Virus record (IMG/VR): IMGVR_UViG_3300033067_000868
Span: 1-35,025 of that record
Length of the DNA: 35,025 bases
From: a virus
Lineage: Duplodnaviria > Caudoviricetes
Direction: 5' to 3' (one strand)
Made by a program: the position numbers and the translations under genes. This document shows positions 18,634-27,961 of the stretch, piece by piece (positions within the stretch are counted from its first letter, which is position 1; the number at the start of each line of letters is the position of its first letter). The notes under the pieces were generated by a model. That model was given only the letters and a program-made list of their open reading frames with translations, was not told where the DNA came from and ran no database searches.

Positions 18634-18794
18634 TATATTCATTAAGTGCATTTATCTCAGCAATTGCATTAATGGCAGTCATTGACAAGGATGACCATCC
18701 TAAATTTGAATTGATATTAATTTTTACACCTATTCTTAATACAATTCTTGCGATACTTATAATCGTAAATTTGTTAAATTCAATTCGCAGATAA
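18624..18794 (+). CDS. 56-aa two-TM membrane protein (absent from the ORF track)
   Basis: MLVIYSLSAFISAIALMAVI...ILIFTPILNTILAILIIV; TAATG-coupled to the ligase. Confidence 0.55.
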   Translation: MLVIYSLSAFISAIALMAVIDKDDHPKFELILIFTPILNTILAILIIVNLLNSIRR

Positions 18795-19855
18795 TGCTAC
18801 CTAAACTATATAAATACACAGTCAAAGATCAAGTTCAATCTTGGCAAATCTTTGTAAAAGATAATTATTACTGGACAGAAGAGGGTATCAATACCCTCTC
18901 TGTTTCAGATCCTACTTATTGTTCTGGAAAAAATATTGGAAGATCTAATGAGACTACTCCTGAACAACAAGCTGAACTGGAAGCTAAAGCTAAATGGCAG
19001 AAGAAATTAGACAGTGGCTATAATCTTGTTCTTACAAAGGATAAGAAATTCTTTGAGCCAATGCTTGCAGCAAAGTTTGAGGATAACATAAAGCTTTTGT
19101 TTAAAACAAGAACCTTTATTCAACCTAAGTTGGATGGAGTAAGATGTATATTAAGCGATAAGGTTTTAACTACAAGAAAGGGCAAACAAATAGTAAGTTG
19201 CCCACACTTGGAATGGCCTTATCATATGCTTGATGGAGAATTGTATAATCATGATCTTAAAGCAGATTTTAATAAGATCATTAGTTTGGTTAGAAAGACT
19301 AAGCCTGAAAAAGAAGACCTGGAAGAATCTAGGAAACTTATACAGTATTGGGTTTATGATTACCCATTCTACTCAGATAAACGATTTTCTGAAAGATATG
19401 ATTTACTTAAACAAGTATTTCGTTTGTTTCCTTCAACGTTTAAGTTAGTTCCAACATATGAGATTGAATCGATGGAAGAACTTCAAGCATATCACGATCA
19501 ATTTATTGATTTAGGATATGAAGGTTCAATTATTAGATTAGACTTAGGGGGCTATGAAAATAAAAGATCTAAGCAACTTCTTAAAAAGAAAGACTGGTTG
19601 GATGAAGAATTTGAAATCATAGATGTTCTAGAAGGACAAGGTAATAGAGCAGGATGTGCAAACATGCTGTCTATTAAGCTTCCAACAGGTGCAAAATGTG
19701 ATCCCACAATGACTGGATCTGAAGATTTCATGCGAGAAGTATGGAAGAATAGAGATTCTATTATTGGCAAGTCTGCAACAATTAAGTATTTTGGTTATAC
19801 AGAAGATGGCAGCTTAAGATTTCCAACAGTATTAGCGATCAGAGATTATGAATAG
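18794..19855 (+). CDS. lig: ATP-dependent DNA ligase
   Basis: QPKLDGVRC, LDGELY, WVYDY, GYEGSIIR, LLKKK, C-terminal OB domain with LRFP. Confidence 0.94.
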   Translation: MLPKLYKYTVKDQVQSWQIFVKDNYYWTEEGINTLSVSDPTYCSGKNIGRSNETTPEQQAELEAKAKWQKKLDSGYNLVLTKDKKFFEPMLAAKFEDNIKLLFKTRTFIQPKLDGVRCILSDKVLTTRKGKQIVSCPHLEWPYHMLDGELYNHDLKADFNKIISLVRKTKPEKEDLEESRKLIQYWVYDYPFYSDKRFSERYDLLKQVFRLFPSTFKLVPTYEIESMEELQAYHDQFIDLGYEGSIIRLDLGGYENKRSKQLLKKKDWLDEEFEIIDVLEGQGNRAGCANMLSIKLPTGAKCDPTMTGSEDFMREVWKNRDSIIGKSATIKYFGYTEDGSLRFPTVLAIRDYE

Positions 19856-20114
19856 AGAAAGTATAACTTTACATTTTAAGCAAAATCTTTTTTCTGAAGA
19901 TCAAATACCTAAAGGATTTGAATATATTCAGGAAACACAAATTTATTTTGATAGTGAAAAAAAATATTGTGATTATGAAGTAATTATCAAAAGAGTGTCC
20001 GATGGTAAATTCTTCAAAGGTCAATATACTGGCTGGGGACATGGTGTAAATGAGGTTGAAATGGTGTGGGTAGAAACATTTCCTAAACAAGTAACTATTA
20101 CAACCTACGAATAA
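19848..20114 (+). CDS. Hypothetical phage protein
   Basis: 88-aa ORF, IIKRVSDGKFFK. Confidence 0.6.
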   Translation: MNRESITLHFKQNLFSEDQIPKGFEYIQETQIYFDSEKKYCDYEVIIKRVSDGKFFKGQYTGWGHGVNEVEMVWVETFPKQVTITTYE

Positions 20115-20116
20115 AA

Positions 20117-20725
20117 ATGACAAAAGAACAAATCATCCAAAATGCATTGAACCAATGGTTCAAAAATGATCTAGAGATTACAACTCTGGATTTTAAAAAT
20201 TTTCTTAGAAAACAATATCCTGGAGAACAATGGTCTCAGCAATATGTATCTAAATTCCTGTATCAACAAGGATTAGATTTTTATACTAAAACAAATGCTC
20301 ACGGAGATACTTATCGTGTATATTCTGCCCCAAAAGTATTAACCAGCACCGTACTGCTTGACCAAATTGATATTCTCGAATCTGTAAATGAGCCAATTAC
20401 CAAAACTAAATTGAAAACATTAGTTCGCAATTTAGATTACCCACTTGGTAATTTTAAAGAAGTATTTGATTCATTAGGTCTTAAACACAACGATCGTTAC
20501 ACATCAGATAATCATAAAATCTGGTATGTAGAAAAATCTGGTCAACATTATAGCAAAAGCAAAAATAAATCGGTTGCTATTAAAACAATGGCAAAACCGC
20601 ATCTGAAAAATGCTCTTTGTAAAACGAATTATAAAATTCAAGACATCTTAGATAATCCACTTTCGGAACAGTATGAGATGCTTGAAGCATACTTTTTGTA
20701 TGACATTCGTAAAATTGTAGAGTAA
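20117..20725 (+). CDS. Hypothetical protein with an internal duplication (winged-helix-like)
   Basis: EITTLDFKNFLRKQY...TYRVY versus PITKTKLKTLVRNLDY...NHKIWY. Confidence 0.6.
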   Translation: MTKEQIIQNALNQWFKNDLEITTLDFKNFLRKQYPGEQWSQQYVSKFLYQQGLDFYTKTNAHGDTYRVYSAPKVLTSTVLLDQIDILESVNEPITKTKLKTLVRNLDYPLGNFKEVFDSLGLKHNDRYTSDNHKIWYVEKSGQHYSKSKNKSVAIKTMAKPHLKNALCKTNYKIQDILDNPLSEQYEMLEAYFLYDIRKIVE

Positions 20726-20859
20726 TGTTGAAGCTATTACTAATCTGCGTATTTAGCCTAAGCATGATTTGTGTTGGGGCAATTATACGTTTAATGATTA
20801 TTCGCTGGAATGTGCGAATTATAAAAAACAGAAATTCAAAACGTGAGAAATCCAATTGA
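20725..20859 (+). CDS. 44-aa membrane peptide (absent from the ORF track)
   Basis: TAATG-coupled MLKLLLICVFSLSMICVGAIIRLMII with a basic tail. Confidence 0.5.
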   Translation: MLKLLLICVFSLSMICVGAIIRLMIIRWNVRIIKNRNSKREKSN

Positions 20860-21988
20860 ATTAATTATGGTGTCGGGAGATGCCAATTCAAATAAGTTCT
20901 ATCGAATGACGGACACTAATGATGGTAATTTCAAAGTGGAATATGGCAGAGTTGGGGTAACTTCTATAAACGAGGTTTACCCCATATCTCGCTGGGATTC
21001 CAAATATAAAGAGAAAATTAAAAAAGGCTATAGAGATGTATCTGACTTAAAAGCTCAGACAATTGATGGTAAAGTAACATTTAACTCCACTGACGTAGAA
21101 CATTTCTACAATGCCTTTCTAAGATATACAAAGGAAAGTGTAAAAAGAAATTATACTATTCAAGTCGGAGCAGTTACTAAGCAAATGGTTGATGAGGCTC
21201 AAGGATTAATCAACTTAATGACCAACACCAACTCTGTAGATATTTTTAATAAAAACTTATTACAATTATATATGGTTTTACCCAGAGCTATGGGTAATGT
21301 CAGAGATCATTTAACTAAATCCGATGCAGAATTTAGTAAAAGACTTACGTATGAGCAGGATGTTCTTGATTCATTGTCCAGTCAAATACTAACCAACTTA
21401 GTTAGTGGAGATCAAAATATTGAAGATATACTTGGGGTTAAAATTCAAGTTATTGAAAATCCAGATTGGCTAAAGACATTAATTAATCCTACTAATTCTA
21501 GCCATTATCGTGCATACAAAACGTATAAAATTATGCATGATTCCAGAACTAAGATTTTTACAGATTGGTTAGCAACACAATCTAATCAGAATACAGAATT
21601 GCTAATTCATGGAACTAGAAACCCAAACATATTCAGTATCCTAAAGTCCGGTTTAATTCTTAGACCAACTAACGCAGTAATCTCTGGAGCAGCTTACGGT
21701 GAAGGTATTTACCATTCTGCTCACACAGATAAAAGCTTAGGTTATACGGGTTATGATTCTGATAAAATCTTTTTAATTCAGAATGTACATATGGGTAATC
21801 CATATGTATATGAAGGATGGTATAGAGATGGGAAAGCAATTTCTAGACAGCAGATGAGATATGATTATCTCAAGTCAATAGGGCATGACAGTCTATATGT
21901 TAAACCTGGAGACGGTTTAAGAAATTCAGAGTATATTGTATATAATCAAGAACAAACAAACACCGAGTACTTAGCTTGGCTCAAATAG
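20843..21988 (+). CDS. PARP-like ADP-ribosyltransferase (WGR + helical + catalytic domains)
   Basis: WGR: NSNKFY...YGRVG...KIKKGY; catalytic H-Y-E class: LIHGT, ILKSGL, YGEGIYHS, KSLGY, SEYIVY. Confidence 0.9.
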   Translation: MRNPIELIMVSGDANSNKFYRMTDTNDGNFKVEYGRVGVTSINEVYPISRWDSKYKEKIKKGYRDVSDLKAQTIDGKVTFNSTDVEHFYNAFLRYTKESVKRNYTIQVGAVTKQMVDEAQGLINLMTNTNSVDIFNKNLLQLYMVLPRAMGNVRDHLTKSDAEFSKRLTYEQDVLDSLSSQILTNLVSGDQNIEDILGVKIQVIENPDWLKTLINPTNSSHYRAYKTYKIMHDSRTKIFTDWLATQSNQNTELLIHGTRNPNIFSILKSGLILRPTNAVISGAAYGEGIYHSAHTDKSLGYTGYDSDKIFLIQNVHMGNPYVYEGWYRDGKAISRQQMRYDYLKSIGHDSLYVKPGDGLRNSEYIVYNQEQTNTEYLAWLK

Positions 21989-21989
21989 T

Positions 21990-22643
21990 ATGAAAATTAC
22001 CTCAAAACTCAAAAATCTGCAAGGATTAACTTTTGGAAGACTTTTTGTTCAAGAGTCAGTTTACAGTGTTAAACACGGACATAGAATTTGGAGATGTCTG
22101 TGTACTTGTGGCAACACAATAGATTTGCCAACAAATGCTTTAGATACTAACAGAACCATTTCTTGCGGCTGTTATAGTAAAGAAGTGAGAAAAGATTGTA
22201 ATGCTTCGCACAGAGATTCAAAATCTAATTTATGGAAAACTTGGGCGGGAATGAGAGCTAGATGTAAAGAAAACTCAAAATACAAAGCTTATTATTATGA
22301 TAGAGGAGTGCATGTAGACCAAAGATGGGAGAGTTATTCTACATTTAAAGAAGATATGGAAGATGGTTTTATTCAGCACATTAAACAGTTTGGAAGACGT
22401 AATACTTCTTTAGATAGAATAAATACTAATCTTGGATACTCTAAAGAGAATTGCAGGTGGGCTACAAATGTTCAGCAAATTTGTAATAAAAGAAATGGAA
22501 TGAAAATAACAAGTTATAAAAAACTTATAGCTTTTATTGAAGAAGTAAATAAAGCTAAAGGGACTGATTTATTTTTATCAAAAGAAGATTACATTACAAT
22601 TTCATATAACTGTAGATTAAAGTTATCTAAAATAGAAAATTAA
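21990..22643 (+). mobile_element. Free-standing HNH-type homing endonuclease gene
   Basis: GLTFGRL, WRCLCTCG, SCGC, WAGMRARC, SLDRINTNLGYSKENCRWAT. Confidence 0.88.
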
Positions 22644-22686
22644 CATGGAACAAACAAATACTGAATACTTGTTATGGATGAAATAA
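22642..22686 (+). repeat. Displaced second copy of the PARP 3' end
   Basis: Encodes NMEQTNTEYLLWMK* versus NQEQTNTEYLAWLK* (21944-21988); 29/39 nt identical over 22648-22686 vs 21950-21988. Confidence 0.88.
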
Positions 22687-22847
22687 AAGATAAGATTGTT
22701 GAAATTCCAGTTACAGAAGTAATAACTTTTAACCAAGGTAAAAGCTTTGTACTATATAAAAATGATTATAACGGGCGAATTTATTTTACAAAGGAAGAAG
22801 CATCTCTACTTATGATAGAACTGTATAAATTTGTTATGGAAAAATGA
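22674..22847 (+). CDS. 57-aa hypothetical protein (absent from the ORF track)
   Basis: MDEIKDKIVEIPV...LYKFVMEK; overlaps the displaced PARP end and is ATGA-coupled to the next gene. Confidence 0.6.
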   Translation: MDEIKDKIVEIPVTEVITFNQGKSFVLYKNDYNGRIYFTKEEASLLMIELYKFVMEK

Positions 22848-23080
22848 AAATAAATCACGATCTATTGGGCAAAATATATATCATCTCTGATACACATGCT
22901 TTTCATGTAAACATTACAAGAGGGACTACTGCTTGGACAGACAATGGAACATTTAAGACTAGAGATTTTGACCATTGGAAAGATATGACAGAATGTATGG
23001 CTGCAAGCAACAGCCTACAAGTTTTCACACCAATTAAATTTTCAGATGATGGAAACATTTATTTAACCACACATTATTGA
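22844..23080 (+). pseudogene. Truncated calcineurin-like metallophosphoesterase
   Basis: IYIISDTHAFHVNI...RDF...DM matches motif I; GD, GNHD and HGH motifs are absent. Confidence 0.65.
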
Positions 23081-23082
23081 TT

Positions 23083-23529
23083 ATGACTATTTTTGAAAAA
23101 ATTGATTCTGCAAAATCCTATAGTGTAATTAAGAGATTACTTCGAGTAGAATTTCCACTAACTACTTTTAGGTGGGGAAGTTCAAGAATTGCAATTCCTT
23201 ATTCAGATCATTTAATATTAAAGGTCGCATATAATAAAAAAGGAGTGGCACAAAATTCTACTGAGATTGATGTAAGTCGATTCTCTATCGAACCATATAA
23301 TGAATATCTCGCTCAAATTGTAGATTATTCGCGAGATTCAAAATGGGTTCTTCAAGAGAGAGTTACAATTTTAGATTGTGACATTCCTAAAGAGGTAATT
23401 ACTTTTTTACGAGAATGCTTTGACATATCTCTTGGAGATTTAGAGCAAACTGGTAAAATAGGCAATCGATCTGTAATCTATGATTATGGACTTACATCAT
23501 CCATTTTTAATGAATATTACTCATGGTAA
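23083..23529 (+). CDS. Minimal protein-kinase-like fold protein
   Basis: GSSRIA (P-loop), ILKVA (Lys), QNSTE (helix C Glu), WVLQE (hinge), GDL, VIYDYG (DFG-like). Confidence 0.65.
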   Translation: MTIFEKIDSAKSYSVIKRLLRVEFPLTTFRWGSSRIAIPYSDHLILKVAYNKKGVAQNSTEIDVSRFSIEPYNEYLAQIVDYSRDSKWVLQERVTILDCDIPKEVITFLRECFDISLGDLEQTGKIGNRSVIYDYGLTSSIFNEYYSW

Positions 23530-23936
23530 ACTATCCTGGAAATCCTGAAAATATAACATCCTCAAGTTTGTATTATAAATGGAAAGGTATCACATTGGAT
23601 CCAGATACAATGCTTGATATGTTTGGAGTATCACATTTTTCAAAAATTGCATTTGATTTAGAAGATCTTACTGTTATTTTGTTAGGTGATTGCGGAGATG
23701 GAGAGAAATTATATGTAAATGGAAAATCTTATGAGGAATGTTTAAAAAAATATATAAATTATTATAATAAACACGTCAATGAAGAGCGTGTAAAACTTGG
23801 AAGAATCTACTCAGATTTGATTAATCTAATTCCAATGCCCGACAGTGTAAACTTAAGTTTATTAGTTACGATGGAACTTGATTGGGCTGCATTTATAAAA
23901 CAACAAATAAAAAGTAATGTTAGCGTTAATGGCTAA
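23523..23936 (+). CDS. Hypothetical protein
   Basis: 137-aa ORF whose stop lies within the terminator. Confidence 0.6.
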   Translation: MVNYPGNPENITSSSLYYKWKGITLDPDTMLDMFGVSHFSKIAFDLEDLTVILLGDCGDGEKLYVNGKSYEECLKKYINYYNKHVNEERVKLGRIYSDLINLIPMPDSVNLSLLVTMELDWAAFIKQQIKSNVSVNG

Positions 23937-23949
23937 CATTACTTTTTTT
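23909..23949. terminator. Bidirectional intrinsic terminator
   Basis: Perfect 16-bp inverted repeat AAAAAGTAATGTTAGC-gttaatg-GCTAACATTACTTTTT with T tracts on both strands, between convergent gene blocks. Confidence 0.88.
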
Positions 23950-23956
23950 AACCTTT

Positions 23957-26900
23957 TTAATTTTGAACAGTTTCATACTGAACATCATTGGATAACAAAT
24001 CTAAGAATCTGATAACTCCACCGAATCCAGGCATCCATTTTATGGATTCTGATAAGATTGGTTTATTGTCTTTATCTTGACCGCCAATAATTCTTTCTTC
24101 TCCAAATGGAATATCTAAAAGTTCATCAATTGTATTTCCAATCGTTTTCCATGCATCATTAACTAAACCAATCATTGGAACTGGAGATTTAACCATAGAT
24201 GCAAAACTCACAGGAGAGTAAACAAAAGATAATTCCTGTTGAGTTTTAAATAATAAGCTTGCAAGTTTTCTTGTAAGCAAATATTTATTATAATCTTTCT
24301 CACCATCATCATCCCAGTCTATTCCCATTAAAACAATTAATCCAGCAAGTACAAGTAAAACTCTTAATTCTTGAATTACCGATTTAAGTTGTTTTTGCTG
24401 AACTTCATTAAAATCTTCAAAGCTGACTTTACCTTTATGATGAGGGTTAAGATCTAACCATTTTTGGAAAGCTAATTGTTTATTATGTACATCATTAAGT
24501 CGACTCTTAGATAACATTCCAAAGGTAGCTAAATCTAAAGTAAGCTTTCCAAGTTTAGGTAAAAGAATCTTAGTAAAAAATTCTTTAAATACTAGCTTGT
24601 CAGGATTCTGAAATTCTTTACCTAATGCAGTGTACTTACCCATATACATAGAATCAATTCTATCATCAAATTTAACTTTACCAAATCGTTCAAACAAAAT
24701 ACCTGGCATCCAACTTTTAAAGTGCATTACCAACTGACCAATAATATTTGATTGCCAGTGAGCTTTATCTTCTTCTGGGATTGTACCTTTAATTCTAGAT
24801 TGTCCAGTCTGTACAGCTCTCCTAAAATCTGTAAATACTTTTTGAGTTTGTTCTTCAGTTAAATTAAGTTTTGCACCAGACTCTTTTGAATATTCAAATA
24901 AGTTCCAGATCAATCTATCTTTATAAGTTACCAAGTCCTCATCTGTTTTAATTCTTCTTAAGTTACCTAGATTATCTACATAATAGTGTTTAGCCATTGC
25001 AGCAGTAATCATCTCTTCAATATATTCATCACCAATACTAAAGGTATTCATAAGCATTCTTGAATTGACATACTTATTTATAAAACCTCTCATTGTTGGA
25101 TCTCCATATTGTCTCTCTCCTAATTGTTTTTCACCACCAATTGCAGGATTATTTAATCTATGTCCCATTGGATCAAAGAATGCATTAAGTGCTAAGAATT
25201 TTGATCTATCACTCCATGATGCAGACATTGCCTCTTTATAATTCTCTTTGTTAAAAATAATTCCTTTATTTGCTTCTACCATAGAGTTAATCTTTGCAGA
25301 CGCTAAAGATCCTAAACCAGCAACTACATTAAAACCTAATACCTTAAGAGTAAAATACTCTTTAGCTTTAAGTAACATTTTTTCAGCTTGACCAGATCTA
25401 TCTCCAATAATTGGCTTTACACCAATCTTGTAAATATACATATCCACAAAAGACTTGAATATGTCAGGTAAATCTGTAGCCTGAAGTTTCTCAGAAATCT
25501 GATTACCCATTTGATCCACTAAGTTTCTACCTTTCGCCTGCAAATGCTGTTCAGCTTCTGTACTTAAGAACTCTTGTAATCCTAATATCTCACCTTCTCT
25601 CGCAAAAGATGCTTCATAGTTATATGCCATTTTAGCAAATATAGCTAATGATCTACCAAACTGGTAACTCTTTTCTCCAATTTCTAATTCACCATCTTTA
25701 CTTTTAAACGGATTCATAAAGAAGATTGGAATTTGAGAACGACTATTATAAGTCATATCTAAAGATCGATCTTCTTCTCTAACAGAAAAATCTTTTAAGA
25801 AATCTTTAGTGCCAGATAAGAATCCATTAAATCCTTGATCTGAAATTCTTTCAGACATTGACTTACGAATATTTGGTAAGAAGTTATTTGGAAGTCTAAA
25901 ATAATCCACATCTAAGATTTTTCTAAACTCTTTATTGTACTTCTCAAACATCTGATAATAGTCTCTTAATTCTGGAACACTCAATATAAATTGATAGTGT
26001 TCATTATATTCTGAAGGATTATCTTTCATAGTCAGCCAATAATTTCTATTTAACTCCCAAGCTTCTGGATGAATAGGTTTTCCAGAATCATCTAAACTTA
26101 GATCATTTTCCGAGATCCATTTATTAATAGCTTTCTCTAAATCTTTATCTTCCAGCCCGGATTTTTCAAATCTTTCTTTAGCTGCATTAAATCTTGATTG
26201 ATATGTCTCTAAGTATCTTTCAGATGGAGTGTAATAATTATACAGTGTTGCACCATTAGCTAACTTAATCTCATCAAAATATTCTGGATTATATTTTCCC
26301 CAAAAGTTATCCTTGCTAGGGTCAATCATAATCTTAACTAATTCTTCAAAAGATCTTCCTGTAGATTTTAACCATTGATATACTTTATTCTCAGTTTGGA
26401 TAATCTCATCAACAACCTTATCTGTTTTTACTCTTACATTATAATTAATGTCATCTAAGATAGACCTAAGTGTTTTAAACACAGGATTGTCGTACTGACT
26501 CAATTGATAAAACCATTTACCAAAATATCCTTCTTGAGAGAAAGGAACATAGTTTCCAAAATCATCTAAGATTTTATATCCAGTATGTAATTCAATCAAC
26601 TTAGTGATTTTGTCTTCAAATAAGATTTGTTTTACAATCTCAATCTTATCCTTAATTTCTGTAACAACTTCACCAATCTTAAGTTTAATTTCTTCAAGTT
26701 CAGATTGTTTGTTTGTACCTTTTAAGAATTCACGATACTCATAAGTAGATTCGGAAATAGAAGCTAACAACTGAAGCTCATCTTTAAGTTCTTGCAAATC
26801 AGCAATACTTAAATCTCCAAGTTCTGCGGCAGTAACTTTTTTAGCCAATCTTTTACCATAATCTAAAATTGTATTCAGATTGTGGTTGATAAGAATATCT

Positions 26901-27961
26901 TTCTTGCCTCTTTCTAATTCTGCAATTCTTTCAAGCAGTTCATCTTTTTGTGCAGGAGAAGTTCTTATTCTAGATTGAAGTCTAAGAATTTTATCATCCA
27001 GTTGTCTAATAAACTCATCTAAAGATTTGAATCTTGTAGAGTTGGAAAATGGCAATACCTTTTCAAGGAGTGGATCTTGACCAGGGAATTTTACTTTATC
27101 AATCTTAGTTGCGTATTTCTGTAAGTTACTATCAAATTTAAGATCTAAAGTAATAGGTAAAACAGTTACAGAAGCAATTGATTTTACACCATAACTTTCT
27201 CTAAGGATTCTACCATATTCTCCAGTTTGAAGTTTATACTTTTCTAAATCTGTTTTAGTTACAACTTTGGAAATATCAGTAATATTTCCATGTGCATCTT
27301 TATTAAAGGACTTTAAGATCTTAGTTTTATAATCTACAATCGCTGCAGTATTATCCGAAAATATTGCTAAAAAGTCAATAGTTCCGCCTATTCCAGATTT
27401 TGGATTAATTACAATTTGCTCCATTCTAATAGATACCTTACCGTCTTTTCCAGTCAACTTATTAATAGCTTTTTGTTGACGGTAAATAAATATAAGATTT
27501 TCTTTAACACCTAAAAAGATATTCTGAAGAGCGGGAGAACTCATTGTCCTCCCATGCTCCTGATCTATTTTTTTTAAACCTTCACTCGAAAAACTTGTAG
27601 CATTTTTAATGTGTGTATATGCTGCATCTGTAGATTTACCTTCAACCTCACTTAACAATTGCCTAGTCATTTCTTCAATTACTGCATGACCATATTGACC
27701 AACTTCAGCTTGCTGATCTAAAAGTTTGTTTACTCTACCCCTATATGGTTTAAGTCGTCCTACTTTTTCAGTAACAGATTCTTTAATCTTTGCAGTAAAA
27801 TTTCCAATTGCACCATATTTTCCATCCTTCTTAACTACATTTTTACTTGTAGTATCTAAAAAGTTTACTGTTGTTTCAGCAGACTGACCTGGTTGAGTCT
27901 CATTAATTGCTTTTCCAAGTTCAATTGCCTCATTGAATTCGCTTTCTATTTTACAGTTCAT
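23957..27961 (-). CDS. Large virion cargo/ejection-type protein with a PD-(D/E)xK nuclease domain
   Basis: GQYGH, GGTIDFLAI...IVDYKT, YKLQTGEY; C-terminal hydrophobic LLVLAGLIVLM followed by DWDDD; directly downstream of the virion RNAP. Confidence 0.75.
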   Translation of the reverse strand: MNCKIESEFNEAIELGKAINETQPGQSAETTVNFLDTTSKNVVKKDGKYGAIGNFTAKIKESVTEKVGRLKPYRGRVNKLLDQQAEVGQYGHAVIEEMTRQLLSEVEGKSTDAAYTHIKNATSFSSEGLKKIDQEHGRTMSSPALQNIFLGVKENLIFIYRQQKAINKLTGKDGKVSIRMEQIVINPKSGIGGTIDFLAIFSDNTAAIVDYKTKILKSFNKDAHGNITDISKVVTKTDLEKYKLQTGEYGRILRESYGVKSIASVTVLPITLDLKFDSNLQKYATKIDKVKFPGQDPLLEKVLPFSNSTRFKSLDEFIRQLDDKILRLQSRIRTSPAQKDELLERIAELERGKKDILINHNLNTILDYGKRLAKKVTAAELGDLSIADLQELKDELQLLASISESTYEYREFLKGTNKQSELEEIKLKIGEVVTEIKDKIEIVKQILFEDKITKLIELHTGYKILDDFGNYVPFSQEGYFGKWFYQLSQYDNPVFKTLRSILDDINYNVRVKTDKVVDEIIQTENKVYQWLKSTGRSFEELVKIMIDPSKDNFWGKYNPEYFDEIKLANGATLYNYYTPSERYLETYQSRFNAAKERFEKSGLEDKDLEKAINKWISENDLSLDDSGKPIHPEAWELNRNYWLTMKDNPSEYNEHYQFILSVPELRDYYQMFEKYNKEFRKILDVDYFRLPNNFLPNIRKSMSERISDQGFNGFLSGTKDFLKDFSVREEDRSLDMTYNSRSQIPIFFMNPFKSKDGELEIGEKSYQFGRSLAIFAKMAYNYEASFAREGEILGLQEFLSTEAEQHLQAKGRNLVDQMGNQISEKLQATDLPDIFKSFVDMYIYKIGVKPIIGDRSGQAEKMLLKAKEYFTLKVLGFNVVAGLGSLASAKINSMVEANKGIIFNKENYKEAMSASWSDRSKFLALNAFFDPMGHRLNNPAIGGEKQLGERQYGDPTMRGFINKYVNSRMLMNTFSIGDEYIEEMITAAMAKHYYVDNLGNLRRIKTDEDLVTYKDRLIWNLFEYSKESGAKLNLTEEQTQKVFTDFRRAVQTGQSRIKGTIPEEDKAHWQSNIIGQLVMHFKSWMPGILFERFGKVKFDDRIDSMYMGKYTALGKEFQNPDKLVFKEFFTKILLPKLGKLTLDLATFGMLSKSRLNDVHNKQLAFQKWLDLNPHHKGKVSFEDFNEVQQKQLKSVIQELRVLLVLAGLIVLMGIDWDDDGEKDYNKYLLTRKLASLLFKTQQELSFVYSPVSFASMVKSPVPMIGLVNDAWKTIGNTIDELLDIPFGEERIIGGQDKDNKPILSESIKWMPGFGGVIRFLDLLSNDVQYETVQN

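Noticed and set aside
7775-19448. Alternative-frame + strand ORFs at 7775, 17251 and 19230
   Set aside because: Nested in or heavily overlapping conserved genes, with no supporting features; 17251 cannot be fully excluded
2752-20855. Short minus-strand ORFs (2752, 3475, 8960, 12696, 18497, 19552, 19869, 20580)
   Set aside because: Antisense shadows of well-supported + strand genes, with no motifs
21989-22647. Group I intron carrying the HNH gene inside PARP
   Set aside because: There is no space for a ribozyme core on either side of the ORF, and PARP already has a complete end before it
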